Positions 27,291 to 39,613 of a stretch of 64,000 bases of DNA are shown here, in pieces; the first letter of the stretch is position 1, and the number at the start of each line of letters is the position of its first letter. The notes below the pieces were generated by a model. The model had not been told where the DNA came from. It was given only the letters and a program-made list of their open reading frames with translations, and did not search any database. Position numbers and translations under genes: made by a program. The stretch comes from Camelus ferus. Taxonomy: Eukaryota. Location: positions 66,342,001 to 66,406,000 of the forward strand of contig NC_045697.1 in the NCBI RefSeq assembly GCF_009834535.1, in the 5' to 3' direction.

Positions 27291-28404
27291 ATAAATTAAT
27301 TTAAGGAAAAGCTATAGCACAGGTGTTGCCCTCAAACTTGAAGTGACATATAATACATATACTAGGTATAATACATATTGGTCAGGAATGAGAAGGCGCT
27401 TGGTTAAAATAATTTAAGGTAATTGAGAAGCCCATACTAATTATAACACACCTGGAGGGTTAACAGAAGTTAGATTCTGTTAAAAAAGGGTGTGTGTGTT
27501 TGTTTGCTTGTTTATAAAAGTATAAGCTGATTCACAAGTAACTGAACACTATAAAAATGTATTATTCCGTGACTAGGTGTATATGAATATATGTAGCTAA
27601 ACCAAATTTTAAAGGATACATCATGGTTATTTCTGTAATCTCACATGCTCAGTGTCCACCTCTGTGTCACAGGGCATACATCAGACCAGCAGTCTTATTC
27701 TCTGGATTATTGGCAGCATATAACCATTGATAGTTGTAATGGGGATTATGATGCCAGTTCCTTTATTTTTTCAAGATCACCAGTGAGGAGATACAAACAC
27801 AAGGTTCTTGACATGTACCCAGAAGAAGATCACATAATGTGGTATCTTGGGACCTGCATGGCCACTGACTTCAGAAGCTGATTGCTGCTTTGATCAAAAC
27901 ACCCACTTTAGCACCATAGGTGCCCTGTCCTGCTGAAAAATAAAGTTATTAGGGAATTCCTGTTATTATGGGAAAAATGTTTCTCTTCTCTGGAAAAATA
28001 AGGAAGAATGAACTGAAGGCACTTACTTCTTTGTTTTTGTATGTTTATAAAACTTTTAACTGAGAATTTTCTGAAGAACTTAAACTCTTATTTATGGGGT
28101 AGTTCAAGCTGTAAAATATGTACTTTCTGTAGATCGAGAATCAAATAGGTAGATAGATACCTGCTTAGATCTCTGTATATCTATGTGTTAACCACAAACA
28201 TATGCATATATGTATGCATTACTGTGAGTAACTCCTGATTTTACATAAGTTAAACCAAAAATGACATTCTATAAATAACATGATTAAAAAAGAGTAGTTA
28301 TTAGTTAATAGAAAGTTAATAGTTATTCATTGTTTGAAAGCGTTTCTCACTGAAGTTTTTGCCACAGTTATTTCTGTGACTTTCACTTTGATATTACTCC
28401 AAGA

Positions 28405-28625
28405 AGGCAGAGTGTTAGAGTTGCATTTAAAGCATCTTGGGTTCAAGTCTTGGTGCTGCCATTTTCCAATTCTAAGTTGTGGTCAAATTATTTAACCTAT
28501 TTGAGCATCTGCTTCCTGTAGTTAAAATGCAAAAAATACTCCTTTCCCAGGAAGAATAAATGAGATAATTTATGTAATGGGTCAAGCAAAATTATTGGCA
28601 TTTGGTATGTACTCAATAAGTGATA
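28405..28625 (+). mobile_element. MIR
   Basis: GGGTTCAAGTCTTGG...AAATTATTTAACCT...AAATGAGATAAT...ACTCAATAAG. Confidence 0.7.
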
Positions 28626-31209
28626 TCTTCTCATTAATTTCTATTTTGTTGTTGTTTTCCCTTGAAACTTACCCTGGCAGATAATTTGATTATAACAGTA
28701 TATAATCAGAAATGGAGAATAATAAATTTAGCCTAATGCTCCCTTCTCTCCCCACACCCTCCTTTTTTTCCCTCCTTGAAATTAGTGTAACCATGTGGGC
28801 CAGGGAAGCTCAGCATAAGTCCTTCCTTCTTCCCTCCCTCTCCCGCTCGTTCCTGCTCTCTCCTGCTTGATTTCCGACTGGTCGACTGGTCGCTGAAAAT
28901 TTCTTCTCAAGCCCCATCAGAACTCCTGTAACTACCTGAAGAAGATCTTTACAACAGAAGCCCTTTCCCCTTTACCTAGGGAAGTAATTATCTACCAGTA
29001 ACTGCCTGTTCTGGATTTATCAGAGCCACACCCAATTTCAGGACGACCTCAAGCAGAGGGAGTCCCAGGTACTCAGATGGACTAGAACAATTCCCTTGCT
29101 TCTTTTTACCTTCTTTCTCTGGCTCTTCAAAGTCTGTCCAGCTTTGGGTTATTTCTTCCTCTCTAGAGAAAAAAAATAGACTTTATTTAGTTCCCATGGT
29201 AAGACAGAAAATCAAAGAGAGGGAAAGAAAATGAGACTATGTATGAATGCATGTGTGTGTGGTGGAGTATAATCTTTTATAAGTTAAAAGGTTAGTTATG
29301 CTGAGATAGAATTATTTTGTACTTTTGTTTATAGATAATATAACCTTTACATGTTCTCAAATCATTTAGAAAAAACCACTGATGCATTGCTTTAAGTGAT
29401 TTAAATATTTAGGGTTTGAGTTTTTAGGAAAGTCGACTGACTGAAAGTAAAATTAAATATGGGAAAATTGTTTAAAGAGACATCCCTCTGCACACTCGAG
29501 TGCTCCTTTTTGCCTTCTGGAGTTGCTTTGTTATTGCAAATTGACAACTTTGCAATTAAAGTGATTAATGATGTATCCCAGTGTTTATGGGTCCTGAGGT
29601 CAGTGAGCCCAAAGATGGCTGTGCTGTGGGAAACTTAGATGGAGCTCATCTCACGGAAGATGAACTAAAAATCCTCCTCTTTTCTGTGTGATTGTTTATG
29701 AGTTTAACTATATTAGATATGGTTGAAGGCAGTCACCAAGACATAATGAGTAATGTGAGTAACTTTTATCAGTCCAGTTTTGTTGCATAATTCCTCATTC
29801 TTAAACACTAATGTGAACATTCATTGGCTACTTAATTAATTAAAAACATGTTTTTATAAAACAGTATTGAGAAAAATTCATTGAGTGTTCATATGATGCA
29901 GTTTTTTATGATTCCCTTGAATCTGATCCTTAATAACGCTGTTGCGTATTTATGGCTTTGTTTTTCCTGCACGTTATTCTAACCAGGGTATCACAATTCT
30001 AGTTTCTAATACAATCCCTTATAACTTAGATTATAAATATAATCCTTTCAGCTGTACAGCCGGAAGTTCTGATACTGGTTGTAATGCATCACAGATTTTT
30101 ATTTTGGATACTGCTCTTATAAAAATCGATCAACTTTCAAAATAGATTGTTGTAGCCACATTGATGATTTTGTTCTCTGAATTTCATGAGCCGAGGACAG
30201 TGCTGGGCCCAAGGCACTAGTCTCTCACCAGTCATGCTTTCTCCTGTACAGTGGCTGCACACTCAGGGAAGGGAGAACAGTAAGCAGATTGTTGAGTCCC
30301 ATGGCACCGAGCCATTGCCAGGATCTCTGCTGGCTTGAAACACGTACTTCACAAAAGTGATTTGTGATGATCACTGTGGTTGAAAGGCAGATAGATATAT
30401 TATCCCATTGCATATTTCCCAGGATTTGAAGAGAAAAATGTCAGAATGATTTTTAATAACTATACATCACTTTAAAAACTGTTTAAGTCTTTACAAAATT
30501 ATTTGCTTTTATGTAATCTGTGACATTTCTAAAGTAAAGGAGCAGAGGCTCAATATAATATTGTTCTAAAAAAAGAAAGGCAACCATAAAAATTTTAACT
30601 TTGAAAACTATTTTTCTTTATTCATTTTTCCTTATTCGTTTCCTTTTCTCCTCCAGGAATATAGGAAATGTATATTTCACTTTGGTGAAGGAAATGAGAT
30701 TTTCCCCCTAAAACATTAAGTTAGGCTCAGAGTCTTTGGGTATCTTACTTAACAAAGTTCAGGAAAGCACTAGTTTGATAAGAAAGATATTCTGTGTAAC
30801 AAAAGGTTCTGAGGATTTTATGGATTGTAATGTTTCTTGCCCTTAATTTTAGCCACCTGGAGGAGACTTAAGTAAGTTTTTCAGACTGGCAGAGATTTAC
30901 TGTCTTTACTGTTTCTTCAAAACATTTCCTAGAGGGTTTTTCCCCTTCCTAACTCCAATCCTATGAAAGGTTTCCTAAGAAAATGAAGATTCTAAAAATG
31001 AATTCCAAAAATGAATATTCTACACTTCAAATGGATGTGGACCACAGTATTTTCTTTTTTAGACATTTGAAGGCTTTGAGTAGTCCTGTGGCTAAAATGC
31101 TTATGTAACTTTAACTTCAAGTTTTCTAGATATCTTTGATAACAGAACCTTTGTTTTTTTTTTGGTTTTGTGTTTTGGGAAGTAGTTTTCTCCAAAGCAT
31201 GCTTTGAGA

Positions 31210-31860
31210 AATAGTCTTAATTTTTTAAAAGTGGCACATGTACAGTGCATAAAATATGGAAAACACACAAAAGGGAAAAAATAAATATTCATAGAGAGCC
31301 TCTGCTAAAATGTTGATGTGTTTCCATCCACTTTTTTCCATGCATTGATCATGCTGCATATGCTATTTTATATTTTCCTTTTTTCACTTAACATTATACA
31401 ATCAGAAGCATGTTATCATATAGTCAGAATTTTTTCTAAAAATGGTTTTAATCATTGCAAAGTGTTTCATCATGTGGTTATATTACAGTTAACCATTTTC
31501 TCATTTGTATATTTAATCACTTGTTTCCTATTTTTCACTATTACGAGTTTTACTATAGGGAATGAATATCTTTATACATAAAGTCCTTTCCTTATTTCAG
31601 ATTATTTCTATGATAGATTCCTAGATGTTGATTTAATAAGTCAAAGGGCATGAGCTTTCTTCAAGGCTTTTTACAAATAAATGCCAAATTATTTTCCGAA
31701 AGAATGGTAATAATACATAGTTCTTCAAGCAACATATCGAGTATTCTTACAAGCATTATGTATTAACATTTTTTAAAACTACACATTTGAAAATGAAAGA
31801 TGATGTATCTTTTATTTTGTTGTCCTGTGATAATTAGTTAAGTTTGATTTTAAAAAAATT
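31210..31860 (-). mobile_element. Old L1ME-like fragment
   Basis: ATTATTTCTATGATAGATTCCTAGA...GTCAAAGGGCATGAGC...TGCCAAATT. Confidence 0.6.
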
Positions 31861-33753
31861 AGTGTTAACTGCTATTCATTAGTTTTCAGATTTCATTTGT
31901 CATGTATTTTATATCTCCCAAACCATGGTGGTATCATAAGAATGTGTAATCACACTTAAGTATAAATCTTATGTACCCTACTGATCTTTTAAAATGTAAC
32001 AAATGTATGTTATAGATTTTATTTACATATTCTGCATGTTAAACATGTTTTTCCAAATATTTTTAATGTGGACAGGTTGACTTCCTGTTTATCCCCCAAA
32101 ACAAAATAACACATTAAAATGAAGGCTATTTTTAACAAAAGAGTTCAACAATTACATGGCTTAAACTGTGAGCGCCTATAAATATTGAGGTCAGATGTGT
32201 ACCTGATTGATATGTCATAGAGTAACTCTAAGGGATCTTCTGTGTTTTAATGATTCTGTGACTCATTTGGTAGTTATTTAAATGTTTAAACCAACAGAAC
32301 TAATTTTTTTTGCATCTAGTGTCAACTCTTTCATTTGACATTTAATTATGAGCCAGTCTTTTATTTTCCTCTGCAAAATGAAGCTTGTGTTTTCACTGTG
32401 TAACGGACTCAATCCTGGGACTTTGAGGGCATTGTTGCCTGTCTTGTCTTTGACTGCATTTCTTAGTTCAGGTCATTGCACTTGTGAGCTTTATCAGAAG
32501 GCAAGCAGGGCAAACATTCATAATTCAGTTTTACATTTTTTGGTGAATTCAGAATTTGAAGATGTATTTTTGTATAACTTTCAATCCATAAAATATGTTA
32601 AGACTGATTGTTATTCTGTGCACTCTCAACACACTAAGAGGTCAGACTCCAAAGTTAATGAAAACTAACCATTCTGGGACTTTTGTTGTTGTTGTTGCTA
32701 ACACTGTTTAAATAAGAACTAACACCTAGAAAAAACGAAGGAGTTTGTCTTCATAGACACAGAATATATGCGTTTTATTCTGTTTGAAAACCTAGTGACC
32801 ATTTAAACATCATCTTTTTTATTAATCGTTTTTGTATTGCTAAAAGAGCCCCACGCACCTGGAAGTGTCCAGATAAAAAAGGATATTGTCCTCTCAATTA
32901 TGGCAAATTTTCAACAATGTCCTGTGTGGTTTTAATAAGTAGATCCTTTGTGATTACATCTTACTGTGAAATTTCAGTGAAAGGAGGATTCCACTTTTCT
33001 GTACTTAAACTTGTTTCATTTGTTTGTTATAATAACTCTATAAGCTATAAGAGAGATTGTTTGAGAGTGCACATGGAAAGTTGTGCAACTGCACAGTATT
33101 ATTCTGCACTGCAGTAACTGAATGTTAGCATCTATTGTGGCCTCTCATTAGGTTAGCCAGTTATTCAGTCAGTGCTTGCCCTGGCTAACCAAATTAGTTG
33201 TTACTGGAAAATTCAGTTGCTGCTAAAAAATGTTGATCAGAGTTCACTACTAGGTTATGATTATAGAGACCAAATATCCTGTGTTTGCATCTCTGTAAGT
33301 AAAAAGCATCTCATGGTTGCAGCTTAAAATGATCACATTATTTACCTGCTGTTGTTACATTTTTTGAATTCTGCACTTGCTGTCTAATTCTCAGGCTCGT
33401 GTGGTGTAAGAGTCAGGCTGCTTCCTGCATTGTTAAACATAGCATATACTCTAATACTGGGGAAATAGCCTTTAAAGCATTCAGAGTTTTCTGATCATTT
33501 GGTTACTATCCTTGACTACAGCCAGTGTATTGTAATAAGTAAGAACTGTTGGCTTTAGCCCCAGTCTGGTAAGTAATTTACTTTAACTGAAGTTCCTCAT
33601 ATGAAAAGTGGGAAAAATGATAGTTGCTACTTTGGTTAGTTGTCATGATTATAAGAGATAATTGCTCTGAATCAGTTATTGTTACTATCAGTCCATGCTA
33701 AATAAAGGGACAGTAATATACAAAAAAGCATATATTAAAAATAATAAATTTGA

Positions 33754-33832
33754 GTGTACATGTGCATGACTGGGACCTTATGCTGTACACTGGAAATTTA
33801 TTGTAACTGACTATACTTCAATTAAAATATAG
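33754..33832 (+). mobile_element. Short L1 3'-end insertion
   Basis: TATGCTGTACAC...TTGTAACTGACTATACTTCAATTAAAA; 12-bp direct repeat TAATAAATTTGA at 33742-33753 and 33833-33844. Confidence 0.78.
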
Positions 33833-34573
33833 TAATAAATTTGAATTTGGGAATAGTTCTGTGCATGTTTTTTTATCCTTCTTTCCTTGTTCTCTCCCTC
33901 CCACACTCAATACTGATGACCTGTTCCAGGCCAGACACAGGGCTGATATAGAGACACAAATGGGGCATGGTCATTGCTATCACTGAAAGTTTAGCCTAGT
34001 GGAAGAGCTTACAGTTTGGTTTTAGTAGAACAGATACATTAATTTACACTTAAGAATATAAATACAAAATAAATGCTCATTTTGTGACCCAGCTCACCCA
34101 GAATTGATTCAGTATTTTCACAGAGACCCAATGCCCTGTGGGCATCTTCATAGGGGATTGAAAAAGCAGAAAAGGCAGATACCATTGGAGATAGAGATGC
34201 AGATGATTTGTTTCAAGAACCACTCAAGGGTCAGAAAGTCATGTTTATTTTTCTTTACCCTGTTTGATAGGGAATAGCCTTAATTTAAAGATTAAACACT
34301 GGTACATTAGCACACAAGATTGGTGTTTGTCTTTCCTTATTTGAGTGTGTAGAGAACTAATGAATGCCTAGTGTGTGAGGTATTGGGTCTTGCAGCATTT
34401 AGTTGCATGAACCAGTTAGTAAACTGTGAATGGTCAAAACCATGAATTACAAAACCATAAATTCTGATGATCTGGTATATTAAGGTATATAGTAATAAAA
34501 TTCCATTAATAAGAAGTTTGTAACAATTTATGTTTTTTTTTTTTTTTCCTTTCTTTCTTTCTTCTCCTCTCAG

Positions 34574-34616
34574 AGCATCTGCTATACCCAAGCCAGAGCC
34601 GGTTCCTGTTCAAAAG
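34574..34616 (+). CDS. PDLIM5: PDLIM5 43-nt exon following the PDZ domain, (R)ASAIPKPEPVPVQK; phase 2 in, phase 0 out
   Basis: About 40-nt polypyrimidine tract ending CAG at 34571-34573; donor AAG/GTGTGT at 34617; open frame. Confidence 0.95.
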
Positions 34617-36237
34617 GTGTGTTTCTAGTCTAGCATCACTGAGGTACCATTTGATTGTCCCTCTTGAACCACTGTGGCTTCCATCCCTATCTCAGGCCAT
34701 ACTGACAGTTTATAGTTTCAGTACAGTTTTCCTCACAGTTTTCCTTTAAAGACAACTGGGAAAGTGGAAATCAATCCATACAGAATTATCATCTGTAATT
34801 ATGCCTAAATTATTTAAATATATTTCCTAGGTTGTATATTATCAGTAACTTATATCCGAATTTCTTACATTCACTTTTGATTTGCCTGGCTTTATTTACA
34901 TATTCTAAAGAGAATAAATAAGTGGTTACCAAAAATGAATATTACAATAAGCCTTTAATAACATTTTATTAATAGTGTTAATAAATTTTTAAATTACATT
35001 TGCAGAGTATTCTTGGATTAGGTTATTGGCAGGTACCCTTTTTTCCCTCAAATATAACCTCAAATTGTTCCAAGCCATTTTTCATATACATCTGGTTTAT
35101 GCTTTTTGGGGTTTTCCCCTTAATTTTACTTGTGCCTTTCCATTGAATTACTTATATTGATACATTGAGGCATTAAGCTACTTTATCCTCTCAATTACCT
35201 TATTATTTCTGCAAGATTAATTTAGATTATCTTTTTTTCCCCCTCAGATTAACTGTAATAGAGCCACCATTGTATACTTTTTAAAGAATTTGATTGGTTT
35301 TCTTTTGGGATGGTAGAAACTGATTTTTGAATATCATGGAAGCTTCAGTTGTATTTTTAAACTTTACACTTGCTTTGGGATAGGGGTTTGCAAATGCAAA
35401 TTCTGTTAATTTTAGGAGGACTTGATTTTTCTTACTAGTTATTTTTTGTTTGGCTGATAGCAGTGAAGAAACATCTGAGATCTTTGGTGTTTCCTTCATG
35501 TAACTATTACTAAATATTTATTTTGGAAAGGGAAGAATTTTATTCCATTTTTAGTGATATTTCAGAACAAGAGAGAGAAATGAGATTACAGGAAAAGAAA
35601 AGGATTGATTTTGTTTTTTTCATTTGTTTGCTTTTTTTGTTGAGTTTTTTTTAAGAAGAAATTTCTTGATTCAAAATAACTAATTAGAATGTGCAGATTT
35701 CTGAGTTAGATGAAAATGAACATTCCTTTTTTTTAAATTCAAGAGTTAGAAATATGCTGCTACTTCTGCATGAATCAAATAATTATACTCTGGAGAGTAA
35801 TTAAGCATGTTTGAAAGATGGAATTATAATTGAGACTCTGGATATTTTAAAATAAACATTTTGGTTAGTGATGTTTTGTTTATTGTAGGGTATTTAAAAA
35901 ATTTTCCTTTGGAATATGTCTGAATTGGGACTTATGTTGGCCTTTTGGCTTTTTGATAACTTTCCTGCTCTATTTCCTAAATATTTTGAACTCCTTTCAT
36001 TTTTATATAAAAAATATATATATGCACTCAATATGTGCATCTGTGTTATGCTTGTTGGGACCAGTTAGCATGCATGCTATGTTATATGAACTCATTGTTT
36101 TTATCTGGAAACATGTGAAGTTTGGCCTGCTAACATTGTGTTTGTGTTTTAAAAAATGAGCTGTGTGTTCTTTTCAGTGGATCTATTTTGCATGTATTTG
36201 GCGTGTTTTTGTGTATGTTTATTTTTATTTTACATAG

Positions 36238-36656
36238 GGAGAACCCAAAGAAGTAGTTAAACCTGTGCCCATTACATCTCCTGCTGTGTCCAAAGTCACT
36301 TCCACAACCAACATGGCCTACAATAAGGCACCACGGCCCTTTGGTTCTGTGTCTTCACCAAAAGTCACATCCATCCCATCACCATCGTCCGCCTTCACCC
36401 CAGCCCATGTGACCACTTCATCACATGCTTCCCCTTCACCTGTGGCCGCTGTCACTCCTCCCCCATTTGCTGCACCTGGACTGCATGCTAATGCCAACCT
36501 TAGTGCTGACCAGCGTTCGTCTGCACTGAGCGCTGGTAAACCTGCAGTTAATGTCCCACGGCAGCCCACAGTCACCAGCGTGTGTTCCGAGACTGCTCAG
36601 GAGCTAGCAGAGGGACAGAGAAGAGGATCCCAGGGTGACAGTACACAGCAAAATGG
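36238..36656 (+). CDS. PDLIM5: PDLIM5 419-nt Ser/Thr/Pro-rich linker exon, GEPKEVVKPVP...RRGSQGDSTQQN(G); phase 0 in, phase 2 out
   Basis: Acceptor TAG 36235-36237, donor TGG/GTAGGT at 36657; same frame as ORF 36265..36660. Confidence 0.96.
36565..36656 (+). CDS. PDLIM5: Short 92-nt form of the same exon via an internal alternative acceptor, PTVTSVCSETAQELAEGQRRGSQGDSTQQN(G); removes 109 codons
   Basis: CAG at 36562-36564 is 327 nt (in frame) downstream of the main acceptor; matches my recall of PDLIM5 isoforms lacking 109 linker residues; pyrimidine tract is weak. Confidence 0.7.
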
Positions 36657-39596
36657 GTAGGTGGCCAAGGGTGCTTTCTGCTTTTGTCAAAACTCTTCTT
36701 TCAGGCAATTTCCAGGCAACATTCCCCCCAAATCAGCTGTTCTTTGAAGGAAGGGAGATGAAGTTTTGTTTGCTTCATTAGCATGTAGCTTTATGTTATA
36801 TACGTATAGCAGTTTCTGCAAGGCAATTATAGGTTAATCCAAACCTAATTATGCATTTTGACATGTTATGAACCCTGTCACCTACTCTGTAACTCGTTTT
36901 CTCCAACTCTTGGCACAGCGAGGAGCAGCTGGCACTTATAATGCAGAGCAATTCTTGGATCTTTCTTCCTCAATTTTTCCATCCTTTTATTAGCCACCAA
37001 AGGTTTAAACAGAATGGTTGCAGTTACTGTCCGCTTATGTATCTCATGCTAAAGAGAGAGAAAATGAGAAGTTTGTAGGAAGCTTTTTTTCTAGGGAGTA
37101 GTCTTAAGACAGAAAACAAATTAGCTTTGACTCATGTCTGTGTGTGATGCACTAGTCTAGGTCAGATAGCTAAACAGTATTCTTTTCAGATAAACTTATG
37201 CTAGAATTTAGTCTTTATAAGCAAGCAGTAATGAGAGACAGTAACATTAAGGGATGCTTAAAAAGCAGAAGCAAATTGGAGAGTATTTTCATTGTAAAGA
37301 TTTTTCTAAAATAAATAGGTTTAAAGCAATGGATACTAAATATATAAGGTTAGCAGAACTTTTTGAAAATCTATCCCTTATAGTTTTCCCCTTTTGGTGG
37401 TATAGGTTTTAAAAAAAATGGTTGAAGTCTGCTTTCAATAGCCTCCATTTATAGATGGTCATTTTATTCTTTTTGGAATTCAGTGACCATACTTTAAGCC
37501 AAAATCATTTTGGTAAAATCATTTTGATCAGATTTATTGTGACAAAAGTGTCTTTTTAAAAGGAAAACAAAAGGAAATAATCTACATGCGTGCTTGTTTT
37601 TACCAATGCTGGTTCCCAGGAAAATATAATTAAAATAATTGTGTGGAGAGGTTCTTTCTGAGCTAATCCCTTCTGAATGTTAATTCATGTAATGAAGGGG
37701 CTGTGCTTTCATAGTGCTGCTGTCATGGCAACCTGAGGGCTTTGGAAAAGAAGGTGGCAGGGGTCCAGGCGGCTGCTGAGAACAAGGAGCAGGTCTGGAA
37801 GGACAGATACTGGATCCTACATGTGGTTTTGTGGTTGTGGGTGGCTTTTTAAAGTTGTACTCTATATATTGAGGAAAACTAGTGTCCTTCAAAGAATGTT
37901 ATTTCTCCTTTCATGGGAAGAAGAGAAATAGTATGTAGTGTTGAGGTGTGTGTGGCTCTGTTTTTTATTTTTTTAGTATGTCTATTTGAAGACAGTAGAT
38001 TTTAGAATAATCAAAGTAGGTATCCTGAAAAGCCAGATGCTACCTGTCAAAGGCTAGCCTCCTGGAAAACTAAAAGCAGAAGTTTACCATGTTTGTGAAG
38101 TTCCAGGTCCAGTAGGAGAAAGTCCTTTGAAGGACATGTTGGCGTTAAAAATCTTTTCTCCTTGCTAACACTTCTTGAAATTTTATAACAAGGACTTCTT
38201 CATGGAAAATTATAGAGATAAAGGCAAATTGAGGTTACAGAAAACTCTACATGGAAAATAGGTGAAAATACCAAGCTTAAATTTTGTGTTTTATGAATAC
38301 AGCTTTGGTGATTAAACTTGATTTAAAGATTATTATTTTCAGGCTGAAGCTGTAGACAGCGGTGTAGTTACAGGGCCTTTACAGTGGCTTCTTAATCAGT
38401 CGACATGTGATCATTGAGCACATGCCTGGTGCCCAGCACTGTTCAAGATTCTGGAGAAGAGAGATTATTACATGGTTTGCATCATTAACAAGCAAGTAAC
38501 TACTTTGTATTTGCAAACCGATTGCATTTGAGAACAGCTTAATTTCAAACGTTGTCCAGATATGAGCACAGTGAAAACTTTTACTGTGAAAACAAAATGT
38601 GCTGTCTAAGACAGATTTGCAATGCTCTTTCCACATTTAGATCAGAGAGATCCAAAATAAGAATTTACTATTTTACTAGTCAGTGATGTGCCATTTTGAT
38701 GAGCAGGTGTTTTGTGATATTGATGAATGTATTTCCTCCATCAGGTGTCAAATTGTTTCCCTGAAATCACTGTCAGACTTTTTACTAATTCTGTGATTAT
38801 TAAATTTCCTGTATTTTTTATAGTGTTACAAAAGATCTGCAACAGAATTCTTTCACAGTTGAGAACTTGTTACTTTTCATTAATTACTTTTCATTTTAAA
38901 AATATTATATGGCAGTAACCAAAAATTAGGCGTTTAGAGGATGTAAAAAGTTAAATGCGTAAGTTATCTGTTTCTTCAAAGCAGAAAGACTTTTAGTCTT
39001 TAAGTGATTTAAAGTAACTAGCTAGTTTGCCAGTTTGATAGGCATCCCACTTAAATTTATATAGGATTAATAAACATAAGACAAACAAGTACTTATTAAT
39101 TATACATCAATCTGAGAAATAGTTATCCATCCTAATAGTATGGAATCTAATAATTATGTTGATATTTTAAAACTATCTCTTAATAATACTATGTTAGCAA
39201 TCTTGTTCCTTCTTATAAATCATAATGAACAAGAGACAAGGGACTTTTAAGAAATTTTTAGTTTTTCTTCAACATATACCAATTACTAGTCTTAGTTTAC
39301 TGTTTTCTTTACTACCTTACTCAGAGCAGAATGGAACTTTACATTCCAAACTGGAAGGGAAACTATTTTGCATCAGGTAGTATAAGTGATTTCCCTTTTC
39401 CCTTTTCATGTGCCCTTGCATTATAATGTGCCACTGCTTTCAAGAGGTAAGTCTTTCAGGTATCCTTCATTAATTTTAATTTCATTGGACTGCAGTTTCT
39501 TCTAACAGTTCCTATGTGGTATTTTGAAGAATCTGGCCTTGGAATATGCAAAATATGGTATGGTAGTAATGTTTTTACATGCTTTTCTCTTTGCAG

Positions 39597-39613
39597 AAAA
39601 CAAAAGTGACAAA
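39597..39613 (+). CDS. PDLIM5: PDLIM5 17-nt micro-exon AAAACAAAAGTGACAAA, KTKVT(N); phase 0 in, phase 2 out
   Basis: Acceptor CTTTTCTCTTTGCAG ending 39596, donor GTTAGT at 39614; joins the next two micro-exons to give KTKVTNNPGTVKIPPKR, similar to a recalled muscle ENH isoform segment. Confidence 0.8.

Noticed and set aside
27645..27920. Complex-looking stretch considered as a processed pseudogene
   Set aside because: No recognisable protein in the frames I read; no poly(A) tail or target-site duplication
36318..36575. Antisense ORFs over coding exons (also 45420..45644)
   Set aside because: Shadows of the sense coding frame; no independent support
36265..36660. 131-aa ORF as a stand-alone gene
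   Set aside because: Starts at an internal GTG and stops at the TAG inside the splice donor; it is part of a PDLIM5 exon
37501..37526. Short direct repeats (AAAATCATTTTG twice; similar at 27349-27378 and 60684-60732) as a possible array
   Set aside because: Only two or three copies with no unique spacers; ordinary slippage duplications, not CRISPR-like
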